From an uncultured delta proteobacterium (lineage in GTDB: Bacteria > Desulfobacterota > Binatia > JACPRU01), in contig CAVUWD010000014.1 of the NCBI GenBank assembly GCA_963745025.1, forward strand, positions 128,001-192,000: DNA of 64,000 nucleotides, read 5' to 3'. This document shows positions 53,975 through 64,000 of this stretch, piece by piece. How positions within the stretch are numbered: the stretch's first letter is position 1; each line of letters starts with the position of its first letter. The translations under genes were made by a program, and so were the position numbers. The notes under the pieces are model-generated. The model ran no database searches and had not been told where the DNA came from. It saw only the letters and a list, made by a program, of their open reading frames with translations.

Positions 53975-55348
53975 GTGGGCCGTAAAACCAAAAAGCTCTG
54001 GCAAGGAAGATTCTCGGCGCCACCCAGCCGTTTGGCCGAAGAATACACGGCCTCGCTCGGCTTCGATCGCCGCCTGTGGTCGTACGACTTGCGTGGCAGC
54101 GAGGCGCATTGCCGGATGCTGGCGCGCCAGAAAATCATCCCGGCGAAGGAGGCGGAGAAGATCCTCGCCGGGCTCGCGCAGATTCGCAAGGAATTTCTTT
54201 CCGAGCGCTTCCGGTTTCTCGCCTCCGACGAAGACATCCACTCGGCGATCGAACGACGCCTGACCGAGATCGTCGGCCCGCCGGGCGGTCATCTGCACAC
54301 CGCGCGCAGTCGCAACGACCAGATCGTTCTCGACGTCCGTCTGTATCTGAAGGACGTGATCGGCAACCTTCGGGTGGCGCTCGACGAGGTCCGTGAGGTG
54401 CTCGCGCGCCTGGCACGCCAGACGATCGACCTGGTGATGCCCGGCTACACGCATCAGCAGCGCGCGCAGCCGGTGCTGCTCGCCCACCACCTCTTCGCTT
54501 ACTACGACATGCTCGGACGCGACGATGAGCGCTTCGCGGATTGCCGCTCGCGCGTCGACATGATGCCGCTCGGCTCGGGCGCGCTCGCCGGTGTGCCCTA
54601 CCCGATCGATCGCGCGTTCGTCGCGCGGCAGCTCGGCTTTCACCGCATCTCGGAGAATTCGATCGACGCCGTGTCGGATCGCGACTTCATCGCCGAGTTT
54701 CTCGCCGCGACGTCGATTCTCTTCGTGCATCTCTCGCGGCTCTGCGCCGACCTCACGCTCTGGGCGACGGCGGAATTCGGATTCGTCGAATTTCCCGACG
54801 AGTTCTCGACCGGCAGCTCGATCATGCCGCAGAAGAAGAACCCCGACGTCGCAGAGCTCGTGCGCGGCAAGAGCGGCCGGATCTTCGGCAGCCTGGTCGC
54901 CGTGCTCACGGTGATGAAGGGCCTGCCGCTTGCCTATCAGAGCGACCTGCAGGAGGACAAAGAGCCGATGTTCGACGCGGCGGACACGGCGCTCGCCACG
55001 CTGCGCACGCTCGCGGCGATGCTCCCTGCCCTGCGCTTCGATGGCGAACGCATGCGCGCGGCTGCGCAGGGGTTCCTGCTCGCAACCGAGCTCGCCGATT
55101 TTCTCGTCGAGAAGGGCTTGCCCTTCCGCGAGGCGCACGGGGTGGTCGGTGCGGTGGTGCGACACTGTCTGAAAACGAAGAAACAATTGGAAACGCTGAC
55201 GCTCACCGAGCTTCGTCGCTTCTCTCCGCGGTTCGACCGCGAAGTGCTTCGCCGCCTCACTCCCGAGGCGGCGATCGCGCGCCGCCGTGCCCCCGGCGGC
55301 ACGGCACGCGAGAACGTCGAGCGGCGGCTGGAGAAGCTCGGTGTCTGA
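53975..55348 (+). CDS. argH: Argininosuccinate lyase
   Basis: LWQGRF, HTARSRNDQ, GSSIMPQKKNPD, PFREAH. Confidence 0.97.
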   Translation: MGRKTKKLWQGRFSAPPSRLAEEYTASLGFDRRLWSYDLRGSEAHCRMLARQKIIPAKEAEKILAGLAQIRKEFLSERFRFLASDEDIHSAIERRLTEIVGPPGGHLHTARSRNDQIVLDVRLYLKDVIGNLRVALDEVREVLARLARQTIDLVMPGYTHQQRAQPVLLAHHLFAYYDMLGRDDERFADCRSRVDMMPLGSGALAGVPYPIDRAFVARQLGFHRISENSIDAVSDRDFIAEFLAATSILFVHLSRLCADLTLWATAEFGFVEFPDEFSTGSSIMPQKKNPDVAELVRGKSGRIFGSLVAVLTVMKGLPLAYQSDLQEDKEPMFDAADTALATLRTLAAMLPALRFDGERMRAAAQGFLLATELADFLVEKGLPFREAHGVVGAVVRHCLKTKKQLETLTLTELRRFSPRFDREVLRRLTPEAAIARRRAPGGTARENVERRLEKLGV

Positions 55349-55781
55349 CCAGAGGAGACTCCCGTTGCGACGATTGACGACACTCGTTCTCTGCGCCGCG
55401 ATCTTCGCCACGTGCGGTCTGAAGTCCGACCCGCGCGGCGCCGATCAGGTCCGCCCGAAGACGATCTCGAGCCTCACCGGCAAGCTCGCGGCCGACGGTG
55501 TGCACCTCGCCTGGCAGCGGCCCGCAACGTACGTGAACGGCCAGCGCATGGACGACCTCGGCGGCTTCCTGGTGTTTCGCGGGTTGCCGGGCCAGCAGGC
55601 CGAGCAGATCGGCGAGGTGCCGGTCATCGATCGCGACCGCTTCCGCCCCGAGAAGAAGTTCGAGTACGTCGACAAGCAAGTGTCGAAGGGCGCGACGGTC
55701 TACTATCGCGTGATCACCTACACGACCGACAAGTACTACAGCCTCCCCTCGAATGAGGTGACGGTTGCCGCCCAGCCATGA
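55341..55781 (+). CDS. Lipoprotein with LptM/LppL-like N-terminus and FN3-like domain
   Basis: C-G-L-K-x-x-P after the signal peptide; LAW..P, YYRV, SLPSN; sits upstream of lysA-dapF. Confidence 0.7.
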   Translation: MSDQRRLPLRRLTTLVLCAAIFATCGLKSDPRGADQVRPKTISSLTGKLAADGVHLAWQRPATYVNGQRMDDLGGFLVFRGLPGQQAEQIGEVPVIDRDRFRPEKKFEYVDKQVSKGATVYYRVITYTTDKYYSLPSNEVTVAAQP

Positions 55782-57037
55782 ACTTCTTCCGCTACCAGGG
55801 CAGCGAGCTCTTCGCGGAGGAGGTGCCGCTGCGCACGATTGCCGACGAGGTCGGCACGCCCTGCTACGTGTACAGCCTGGCAACGCTCCGACGTCATTAC
55901 CGTGTCTTCGACGAGGCCTTCGCCGCCGCGCCGCACGTCGTCTGCTACTCGGTCAAGGCGAACTCGAATCTCGCCGTGCTCGCGGCCTTCGCGAAGGAAG
56001 GCAGCGGCTTCGACATCGTTTCGGGCGGCGAGCTCTATCGCGCGCTCGCGGCCGGGGCCGACCCGCGGAAGATCGTCTTCTCGGGAATCGGCAAGACCCG
56101 CGACGAGATGGCCTACGCTCTCGGCGTGGGGATCCTCGCCTTCAACGTCGAGTCTGCGGCGGAGCTCGACCTGCTCGACGCGGTCGCCGCCGAGATGGGC
56201 AGGAAGGCGCCGGTCGCGCTGCGGGTCAATCCCGACGTCGACCCCAAGACCCATCCCTACATCTCGACCGGCATGAAGAAGTCGAAGTTCGGGATCGACG
56301 CCCGTCGCGCGCTCGACGAATACGAGCGGGCGAAATCGCTCGAGCATCTCGACGTGATCGGCATCGATTGCCACATCGGCTCGCAGCTGACCGACGTTTC
56401 GCCGTTTCGCGACGCGCTCTCGCGCGTTCGCGGCATCCTTCTCGAGCTCCGCGCCCGCGGCTTGAGCATCCGTTATCTCGATTTCGGCGGCGGCCTCGGC
56501 ATCACCTACAGCGACGAGACGCCGCCGACGCCGAAGGACTATGCGGACGCGGTTCTCGGCGATGGCATCGAAAATCTTGGCGTCACACTGCTCCTCGAGC
56601 CCGGGCGCGTGCTGGTCGGCAACGCCGGCATCCTGCTCACGAAGGTCCTCTACTTGAAGCAGACCGAGACCAAGAAGTTCGTGATCGTCGACGGCGCGAT
56701 GAACGATCTCATCCGCCCGTCGCTCTACGGCGCGCACCAGGAGATCGAGCCGGTGATGCGCAGCGAGCGTCCGTCGGCCGTGGTCGACGTCGTCGGACCG
56801 GTGTGCGAGAGCGGCGACTTCTTCGCCAAGGATCGCGAGCTCGAGGAGGTGACGCCGGGAGAGCTGCTCGTCGTCCGCAGCGCCGGTGCCTACGGCTTCG
56901 TGATGTCCTCGAACTACAACACCCGACCGCGGGCCGCGGAGGTGTTGGTCGACGGCGGCGTCTACCACGTGGTGCGAGCACGGGAGACGCTCGCCGACCT
57001 CGTGCGCGGCGAGTCGATCCCGGAATCCCTCCGATGA
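55778..57037 (+). CDS. lysA: Diaminopimelate decarboxylase
   Basis: [32 protein letters not shown]. Confidence 0.97.
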   Translation: MNFFRYQGSELFAEEVPLRTIADEVGTPCYVYSLATLRRHYRVFDEAFAAAPHVVCYSVKANSNLAVLAAFAKEGSGFDIVSGGELYRALAAGADPRKIVFSGIGKTRDEMAYALGVGILAFNVESAAELDLLDAVAAEMGRKAPVALRVNPDVDPKTHPYISTGMKKSKFGIDARRALDEYERAKSLEHLDVIGIDCHIGSQLTDVSPFRDALSRVRGILLELRARGLSIRYLDFGGGLGITYSDETPPTPKDYADAVLGDGIENLGVTLLLEPGRVLVGNAGILLTKVLYLKQTETKKFVIVDGAMNDLIRPSLYGAHQEIEPVMRSERPSAVVDVVGPVCESGDFFAKDRELEEVTPGELLVVRSAGAYGFVMSSNYNTRPRAAEVLVDGGVYHVVRARETLADLVRGESIPESLR

Positions 57038-57042
57038 CCTCC

Positions 57043-57065
57043 AAAAGGGACCCGGTCGGTTTTTT
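57043..57065 (+). repeat. Short A/T-flanked palindromic REP-like element
   Basis: AAAAGGGACCCGGTCGGTTTTTT; similar to 9371-9395. Confidence 0.5.
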
Positions 57066-57068
57066 GGA

Positions 57069-57910
57069 ATGAAGATCCCATTCACGAAGATGCACGGGGC
57101 CGGGAACGATTACGTCTACGTCGAACGGCTTCGAGGTGACGCTCGCCGATCCGGGAGCCGTCGCGCGTGCGGTCAGCCCGCGCCGCACGGGCGTCGGCTC
57201 CGACGGCTTGATTCTGATCCAGCCGTCGGCGGTCGCCGCCGTGCGCATGGAGATGTACAACGCCGACGGCAGCCGCGGCGAGATGTGCGGAAACGGCATC
57301 CGCTGCGTCGGCAAGTACGCGTACGAGCACGGCCTCGCCCAGGAGAACCCCCTGCGCGTGGAGACCGACGCGGGCGTCAAGACGCTCGAGCTCGACGTCG
57401 CCGATGGCAAGGTCGCGCAGCGTCAACGTCGACATGGGCGCGCCGATTCTCGACCCTGCGCGCATTCCCGCGCGGTTCGACGGGACCCGGGTGGTGGACG
57501 CTCCGCTCGAGGTCGAGGGCGAGACCTGCCAGGTCACCTGCGTGTCGATGGGGAATCCTCACTGCGTGCTCTTCCTCCCGGAGATCGCCGCGCTCGATCT
57601 CGAGGCGATCGGCCCGCGCTTCGAGCATCACGAGCGCTTCCCGAAGCGCGTGAACACCGAATTCGTCCAAGTATTCTGGCGAGGCGAGGTGAACATGCGC
57701 GTGTGGGAGCGCGGCTCGGGCGAGACCGCCGCGTGCGGCACCGGCGCGTGCGCGGCGGCAGTCGCGGGGGTTCTCACCGGTCGCACCGACCGCCGCGTCC
57801 TCGTCCACCTCGCCGGCGGCGACCTCTCGATCGAGTGGCGCGAGCGTGACGGCCACGTGTACATGCGCGGCGAGGCCGTCGAGGTGTTCCGAGGCGAGGT
57901 CGAGGTCTAG
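57069..57910 (+). CDS. dapF: Diaminopimelate epimerase (two frameshifts)
   Basis: FTKMHGAGNDY, EMCGNGIRC, SMGNPH, WERGSGETAACGTG. Confidence 0.93.
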
Positions 57911-57982
57911 TGCGTACTCGTTGCCGCGCGGAGAAGAACGAGAAGACGATCGACGGCGCGTCCGCCATTCACCGATCTTAGG

Positions 57983-58528
57983 ATGTCGCTGGACGATGCC
58001 CTCGAGCTCCGTCTGGCCACGCCGGCCGATCTACCGGCGCTCCATGATCTCATTCCCCTCTCCGTTCGCGGGTTGAGCCGCGGGTTCTACTCGGACGCCC
58101 AGATCGAGAGTGCGATCCGCCACGTCTTCGGACCCGACACCCAGCTGATCGCCGATCGAACCTACTTCGTCGCCACGGCCGGCGGCATGCTGGTCGGCTG
58201 CGGCGGGTGGAGCCGGCGGCGGACGCTCTTCGGCGGCGATCAGATGAAGACCGCCGAGGACCCGCTACTCGACCCGAAGGCGGAGCCCGCACGCGTGCGG
58301 GCTTTCTTCGTCCACCCCGATTGGGCGCGACGCGGCATCGCTGGAGCGATCCTCGAGGCCTGCATGAACGCCGCGCGCGCCGCGGGATTCCGCCGCGTCG
58401 AGCTCGTGGCCACGTTGCCGGGAGAGCCGCTCTACCGGGCGTTCGGCTTCGACGTACTCGAGCGCTTCGAGGCGGCGATGCCGGACGGCCTGACGCTCCC
58501 GGTCGTCCGCATGATGCGCGTCCCCTGA
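57983..58528 (+). CDS. GNAT family N-acetyltransferase
   Basis: GCGGWS, FFVHPDWARRGIA, GEPLYRAFGF. Confidence 0.92.
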   Translation: MSLDDALELRLATPADLPALHDLIPLSVRGLSRGFYSDAQIESAIRHVFGPDTQLIADRTYFVATAGGMLVGCGGWSRRRTLFGGDQMKTAEDPLLDPKAEPARVRAFFVHPDWARRGIAGAILEACMNAARAAGFRRVELVATLPGEPLYRAFGFDVLERFEAAMPDGLTLPVVRMMRVP

Positions 58529-58740
58529 GCACCGGAGCCCTTCACGCTCTGGCTCGGAGGTAAGAGCGAAATATAGAGGAATCATTTTTTCGTTACCAAT
58601 GTCAAAAAAATGCCGCTTATATATGCGACAATTGTCTGATATTTCCACCTGACATCCAGTCATTTCTCACTTTTTCTATCCGGCCAAAGTGGGCACGAGA
58701 AATGCGTGGGTCTCTGTCAATTGCGCAAAAGGAGGTGGAA

Positions 58741-60831
58741 ATGGCTCCGCTGAGGTCTTTGGCCTGGCTCTGGGGCCTGACTCTGCTTGGCCTGGCCGGG
58801 ATATCCGCCGCTCAGCCCTTAAATCCACAGGCACTAAACGCGCCGCGGTTTGCGCCCGACAGGGTGCTGGTCAAGTTCAAGCCCGGCACGGCTGCTTCGG
58901 CGGTCGGCGAGGCCCATCGACAGGCCGGGGGTCACAAGCTCAAGACCATCCCCGGCATCGGCGTGCAGGTGGTCGCGGTTCCCGCCGGCACGGTCTTGGC
59001 GAAGGTGGCGGCGTACGAGGCGAATCCCAACGTGCTGTACGCCGAGCCGGACCAGTATCGTGTCTTGGTCATCCCCAACGAAGGAGCCGGGACCCACACC
59101 CGCGGGACAAACCAACTACTTCGGCGAGCAGTGGTACCTGAACAACACCGGACAATCGCACACCCGTGTGAGCAGACGATACTCGGACCGGACCTTGCGA
59201 CGTCACACAGGGACCACGGACGCCGATATCGATGCGTCCAGAGGCTTGGGACCGTACCAAGGGGTTCTTGACGACCGACCCCACGGCCGCGAACACCCCC
59301 AAGGTGGCCGTTCTCGACAGCGGCGCCGACTGCGACACGCTCGAGCTACAGGGCAAGTGTCTCGAGCAGACGAATCTGGTCGGGCTGAATCCGGGCTTCT
59401 TCGAGTTGGATGCCTGTCCGCCCGAAAAGCCCGCTTGCGACAACTTCGGGCACGGCACCTTCGTCGCCTCGGAGCTGGCAGCCAATACGGACAATGGCGA
59501 GGGCATCGCCGGCGCCGGCTGGAACACCAGTTTCGGCGTATTCAAGGTCTGCTACCTGGAGACTAGTTATCGACGACGCGGGGAACATCTTCCGCAGTCG
59601 GCCTTTGCCCGCTCTCGGCCTCGGCGGAGGCCATCACGCTCGCCGCAAGCGACCAGTTCGATGCCGCGGGCAACCTGACCAGAAGCCAGTACCATGTCAT
59701 CACCATGAGTTACGGCAGCGATCTGATCGATCCCGATACCGGTGAAATGACGCCGAGCTCTCCGCCCAACACGGAGTGCGATGCAGTCCTCTACGCATGG
59801 AACCACGGCGTGGTCGTGGTGGCCGGCGCGGGCAACAACGGAAATACTGACAAGTTCTATCCCGCAGCCTGCACCGACGATCCGGCTGACTGGCACCGGC
59901 CAGTCCACCGTGATCGCGGTGGCGTGCCTCCGATCACGACGACAACCGTGCGAGCTTCTCCACCTACAGCACCGACGCGGACGACTGGGTGTCGCTGGCC
60001 GCACCCGGCGAGGCGATCGTCGGCGTCTTGCCCGACGCGCAGTGCGAGCTGCCGACCGGCACGGATACCTGCGTGAACTGGTTGGACGGGACCTCCATGG
60101 CGACCCCGCTCGTGGCGGCAGGAGCGGCGCTCGTCTGGGCGGACCTCTACCAGTCCGATGCCGTAGACGGTGCTCCCGCGCCGTTCGGATGCACGGTTGG
60201 CGGCACGCCCTGCAATCGAGTGGTTCGGGAGCGTCTCGAGAACGGGGCGGACAAAGTGGGAGCACAGGGCCAGGACCTACTCCAATGGACCCGGCACGGC
60301 CGATTGAACATCGCGAACGCCGTAGCCAACGTTCGAAGCGATGCCACGCCGACAGTAACTCCGACGTCGCTTCCACCGACCGCGACGCCCACGTCACCTC
60401 CGCCGACCGCAACTCCGACCTCGACGCCGACGGCGAGTGCGACAAGCACGCCGACACCGACCGCGACGCCCACCTCGCCTCCGCCGACCGCGACTCCGAC
60501 CTTGACACCGACGGCGACTGCGACACGCACGCCGACACCGACCGCGACACCCACCTCGCCCCCGCCGACTCCGACTCCACCAATCGCCCCCACGGCCGCG
60601 TTCACCTCCAGCTGCAGCGCCCTCAAATGCCTCTTCGATGGGGGCACCAGCACCGACGACCAGGGAATAACGCGCTACAGGTGGGACTTCGGAGACGGAA
60701 AGGGAGGCCGCGGCGTAACTGTCTCACATAAGTACGCAAGCGCGGGTACCTACACGGTAACGCTCACGGTGCGCGATGCCAGCAACCTGACGGACACGGC
60801 CACGGCCACGGTCAGCGTCAGCAGGCGGTGA
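58741..60831 (+). CDS. Secreted S8 (subtilase) peptidase with Pro/Thr linker and PKD domain; several frameshifts
   Basis: Signal peptide, propeptide (VLVKFK...YAEPD), VAVLDSG, HGTFVA, AGNNG, GTSMATP, WDFGDG. Confidence 0.88.
60345..60595 (+). repeat. Coding Pro/Thr repeat linker
   Basis: Repeated PTATPTSPPPTATPT units within the S8 gene. Confidence 0.85.
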
Positions 60832-60966
60832 CGGCAGCCGCGGAGGGATAGTAGGGGCAACTGTCCGCCCGGCAAGGCCGCTAAAGGGAAGTGTGGAGCC
60901 GGGAGCCTGGCACGAGCGGTTCCACAGAGAGGTTCGCGCCGGTAGAGCCGCTGGCTGCAACGGCGA

Positions 60967-62388
60967 TCATGCTCGGCACACAACCAAATGGCTCCAGGCC
61001 GCCTCCGCGGCCTGCTCCCCCGAACGGATGCAGTCGGGGAGCCCGACGGCGCCGAGCGTGCTGCCCGCGACGACCAGACCGCGATGCGCCGCCGCCCGGC
61101 GCGTGATCGATTGCGCTCGCTCGGGAAAGCCGACCTCGTACTGCGGCATCGCGCGCGGGAAGCGGATCGTGCGGGCGAAGAGCGGCTCTCGCGCGATCGC
61201 CAGCAGCGAACGGAGCTCCGCATGCGCGAGCTCCGCAAGAACGTCCTCGGGAAGGTCGGCGAGCGCGGGCCGCAGAGCGCCGCCGAGAAAGCAGCGCACC
61301 ACGAGCTCGCCCTCGCGCACCCGCTTGGGGAATTTCCGACTCGTGAAGCTCGCGGCCAGCAGATCGATGCCTTCACGGCGCGGCACGAAGAAGCCGTATC
61401 CCGCGAGCGGCTTGCCGACGTCGCCGGCGCGATAACAAAGGCTCACGGTGGCGCACGAGGCATAGTGGAGGCGGCCGAGCTCGTCCGCGAGCGCGCGATC
61501 GAGCTCGGCGAGGGCGGCAGCAGTCGCATAGGCCGGGCACGCGAGCACGACGGCGTCGGCGAAGACCGGATCCGAGTCTCCCACACGGAGCCGCCAGCGA
61601 CCCTCCGCGCTCCTCGTGAGACCGTGAAGCGGTGCCTCGGCCCGCACCGCTCCCGCGGGAAGCCTCGCGAGAAGCCGCTCGACGATCGTCGCGGTGCCCG
61701 ACGCCACATAGGCGAACCCGCCTCCACCGTGGGGACGCCCCGGGGAGACAGCGAGCGCCTGAAGCAGGCCACGCGTCACGCTGCCGAAGCTCCGCTCCAT
61801 CTCGACGAAACGCGGCAGCGCGGCCGCGATCGAGAGCTTGTCCGCGTCGGCCATGAAGAGGCTCGCCGCCACCGGCTCGGCCACACGCTCGAGCGCCTCG
61901 CGGCCGAAGCGGCGAACGACGAACGAGGCGAGGCTCTCGTCGCCGGTCTGCGGCGACGCGGGGAGGAAGCGCTCGGCGGCGATCCGCAGCTTCGCCGCCG
62001 GCGAAAAGAGCGAGGAGCACACGAACGGCCAGAGCCGGGTCGGCGCCATCATCAAGAACCCGGCGGGAATCTCGTGCAGCCGACCGCCGACGAGAACTCT
62101 CGGCCCGCCCGTCCCCTCGATGCGCACGAGCTCGCTGCCCAGGCCGAGCCGCTCGCAAAGCTCCAGGCCTGCAGGCTTGGCCGTCAGGAAGGAGTCGGGC
62201 CCCCCCTCGATCAGCATCTCCTCGACGCGCTCGGTGCGAATGTGCCCACCGAACCGCTCGCTCGCCTCGAGGACCAGCACCGACGGGGATTCTCCGCGCT
62301 CACGTGAGAGCTCACAGAGCCGATGGGCAGCGGAAAGACCCGTGATGCCCCCGCCCACGACCACGAATCGGAACACCGCGGAACTCAT
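60967..62388 (-). CDS. hemY: Protoporphyrinogen oxidase (HemY type)
   Basis: VVGGGITGLSAA, EGGPDSFL, GYGFFVP, AMPQYEVG, GLPDCI. Confidence 0.93.
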   Translation of the reverse strand: MSSAVFRFVVVGGGITGLSAAHRLCELSRERGESPSVLVLEASERFGGHIRTERVEEMLIEGGPDSFLTAKPAGLELCERLGLGSELVRIEGTGGPRVLVGGRLHEIPAGFLMMAPTRLWPFVCSSLFSPAAKLRIAAERFLPASPQTGDESLASFVVRRFGREALERVAEPVAASLFMADADKLSIAAALPRFVEMERSFGSVTRGLLQALAVSPGRPHGGGGFAYVASGTATIVERLLARLPAGAVRAEAPLHGLTRSAEGRWRLRVGDSDPVFADAVVLACPAYATAAALAELDRALADELGRLHYASCATVSLCYRAGDVGKPLAGYGFFVPRREGIDLLAASFTSRKFPKRVREGELVVRCFLGGALRPALADLPEDVLAELAHAELRSLLAIAREPLFARTIRFPRAMPQYEVGFPERAQSITRRAAAHRGLVVAGSTLGAVGLPDCIRSGEQAAEAAWSHLVVCRA

Positions 62389-63440
62389 GAGGCGAGCCAG
62401 CCCGAGGCATCGCGGGCGATCGCCACCACCGCATCAGCCCACGAATCGCGTGCGTTGAGCGACGGCACCAGGCGAAGCCGCTGGCCGCCATGTGCCCGCC
62501 AATCGGCCTCGGCCCGGATGCCGATCTCCTCGAGCGTCTCGAGACAATCGGCGACGAACGAGGGGACGACGATCACGGCTCGCCGCACACCGCGCCGAGC
62601 CGCTTCACGCACCTCGACGTCGGTGAACGGACGGATCCAAGGCGTGCGACCGAGCCGGGACTGAAAGCAGACGATGCGCTGCTCGCCGGCGATGCCGAGC
62701 GATTCGGCGAGTAGCCGTGCGGTCGAGAAGCACTGGGCGCGATAGCAATCCCCGAGCGCCGTCGGGTTCCGCTCGGGCGCCTGCTCGCAGCAGTCGTCGC
62801 TCTGCAGGCAGTACGCCCCGTTTCGGTCGCTCTTTCGAATCTGTCGCTCGGGAAGACCGTGGAAGCTGAAGAACACGAGTTCCGGCTCGACCTCCTGCAA
62901 GCACGGCGCGGCCGCCTCGGCGAAGCAAGCAATGTAGCGGGGGTGGTCGTAGAACGGTGGCACGACCTGCAACTGAGGAACGTTCCACATCCGCGAGGCG
63001 GCCACGAACACGGCCTCCTGCGACGACCCCGTCGCCGCCGAGCTGTATTGCGGATAGAGCGGAAAGACGACGATGCGGCGAACGCCCCGGCGGTGGAACG
63101 AGTCCAACGCCTGGGCAATCGAGGGCGACCCGTAGCGCATGGCGAGCGCGACCACGGCCGACCCGCCGAGCCGCGCCTGGACCTTGGTCGCGAGGTCTCG
63201 ACCGTGGACGAGGAGCGGCGAGCCCTGCTCGGTCCAGACCTTTGCGTAGGCTTCGGCCGAGCGTTGCGGACGAAACGGAAGGATGAGGAGATTCAGCACT
63301 AGCCAGCGGAGCGGTGCCGGCATGTCCAGTACGCGCGGGTCGGAGAGGAACTCGCGGAGATAGCGGCGAACTTCCACCGTCCGCGGCGCATCGGGCGTCC
63401 CGAGATTGACGAGCAGAAGGCCGACGTCGGGGGGAGGCAT
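62385..63440 (-). CDS. hemH: Ferrochelatase
   Basis: LVNLGTP, AMRYGSP, PLYPQYS, FSFHGLP, FQSRLG, FVADCLETLEEI. Confidence 0.96.
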   Translation of the reverse strand: MPPPDVGLLLVNLGTPDAPRTVEVRRYLREFLSDPRVLDMPAPLRWLVLNLLILPFRPQRSAEAYAKVWTEQGSPLLVHGRDLATKVQARLGGSAVVALAMRYGSPSIAQALDSFHRRGVRRIVVFPLYPQYSSAATGSSQEAVFVAASRMWNVPQLQVVPPFYDHPRYIACFAEAAAPCLQEVEPELVFFSFHGLPERQIRKSDRNGAYCLQSDDCCEQAPERNPTALGDCYRAQCFSTARLLAESLGIAGEQRIVCFQSRLGRTPWIRPFTDVEVREAARRGVRRAVIVVPSFVADCLETLEEIGIRAEADWRAHGGQRLRLVPSLNARDSWADAVVAIARDASGWLAS

Positions 63441-63445
63441 CGAGG

Positions 63446-64000
63446 CTAACCCGACCGCGCTTCCTCGAGCACGCGCCGCGAGCGCCAGAATACCTCGTCG
63501 AGGCCCATCGCGTCGGAGCCATAGTAGCCGCGGAGCCCGCCGCTGCCATCGACGAGGAGGATCTTCCCCGTGTGCGCGATGTCGAGAAGGCCCGCTTCGG
63601 TGCGCTCCGGCTCGCCGAGCGCGACCTGAAAGCCGCCGACGGCGAGGGCGCGAATGCGCTCCCGCGGGCCCGTGAGCAGCACCCACCGAGTCGGATCGAC
63701 GCCGTAGTCGCTTTCGGCCTTTCGCAGGCGCTCCGGCGTGTCGCGCTCGGGATCGACGGTGATGCTCACCAGGCGGATCGAATCGAGCTTCTCCTCACGA
63801 TAGCGCTGCTGGAGCCGGGCCATTCCCTTCATCAGCGTCGGGCAAACCGACGGGCAGTCGGTGAAGAAGAAGCTCACGATGTAGACGTGCCCGCGGAGCT
63901 CGTCGCTGCCGAACGGCTGGCCGCTCGACTCGACGAGCTCGAACCGCGGCAGCTGACGGAGAACCGGCGGAGGCGGCGGCTCGCGACGGAGCAGCGGCCG
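63446..64000 (-). CDS. SCO family protein, 5'-truncated by window edge
   Basis: FFFTDCPSVCP, SITVDPERDTP, IAHTGK.LLVD. Confidence 0.9.
   Translation of the reverse strand, partial: RPLLRREPPPPPVLRQLPRFELVESSGQPFGSDELRGHVYIVSFFFTDCPSVCPTLMKGMARLQQRYREEKLDSIRLVSITVDPERDTPERLRKAESDYGVDPTRWVLLTGPRERIRALAVGGFQVALGEPERTEAGLLDIAHTGKILLVDGSGGLRGYYGSDAMGLDEVFWRSRRVLEEARSG

Noticed and set aside
60345-60595. Possible non-coding repeat array
   Set aside because: It encodes the Pro/Thr linker of the S8 protease.

Overview
High-GC bacterial chromosomal segment. Gene content and style suggest a Deltaproteobacteria/Binatia-like organism (inference only). It is mostly housekeeping: fatty-acyl-CoA catabolism genes, recQ, a vapBC toxin-antitoxin pair, two converging pentose-phosphate/glucan operons (zwf-glk-GH63 and rpiA-tkt-tal-debranching enzyme), a complete alternative complex III + caa3-type oxidase operon, argH-lipoprotein-lysA-dapF, a secreted S8 protease and SCO-hemH-hemY. 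Many conserved genes carry single-base frameshifts, most likely long-read consensus errors. The main hidden signal is three split ORF pairs that are single selenoproteins: a Sec-peroxiredoxin (TPVU), an adjacent orphan PrdB-like protein (GUGLC) and a UGSC protein. Each has an in-frame TGA at the catalytic position followed by a SECIS-like hairpin. Also present: a structured repeat with a fixed leader and loop but an exchangeable stem, a 63-bp insertion in a duplicated CTAG site, two internally deleted lactonase-like remnants, and a transaldolase with a histone-like tail. No rRNA, tRNA, CRISPR array or transposase was recognised.
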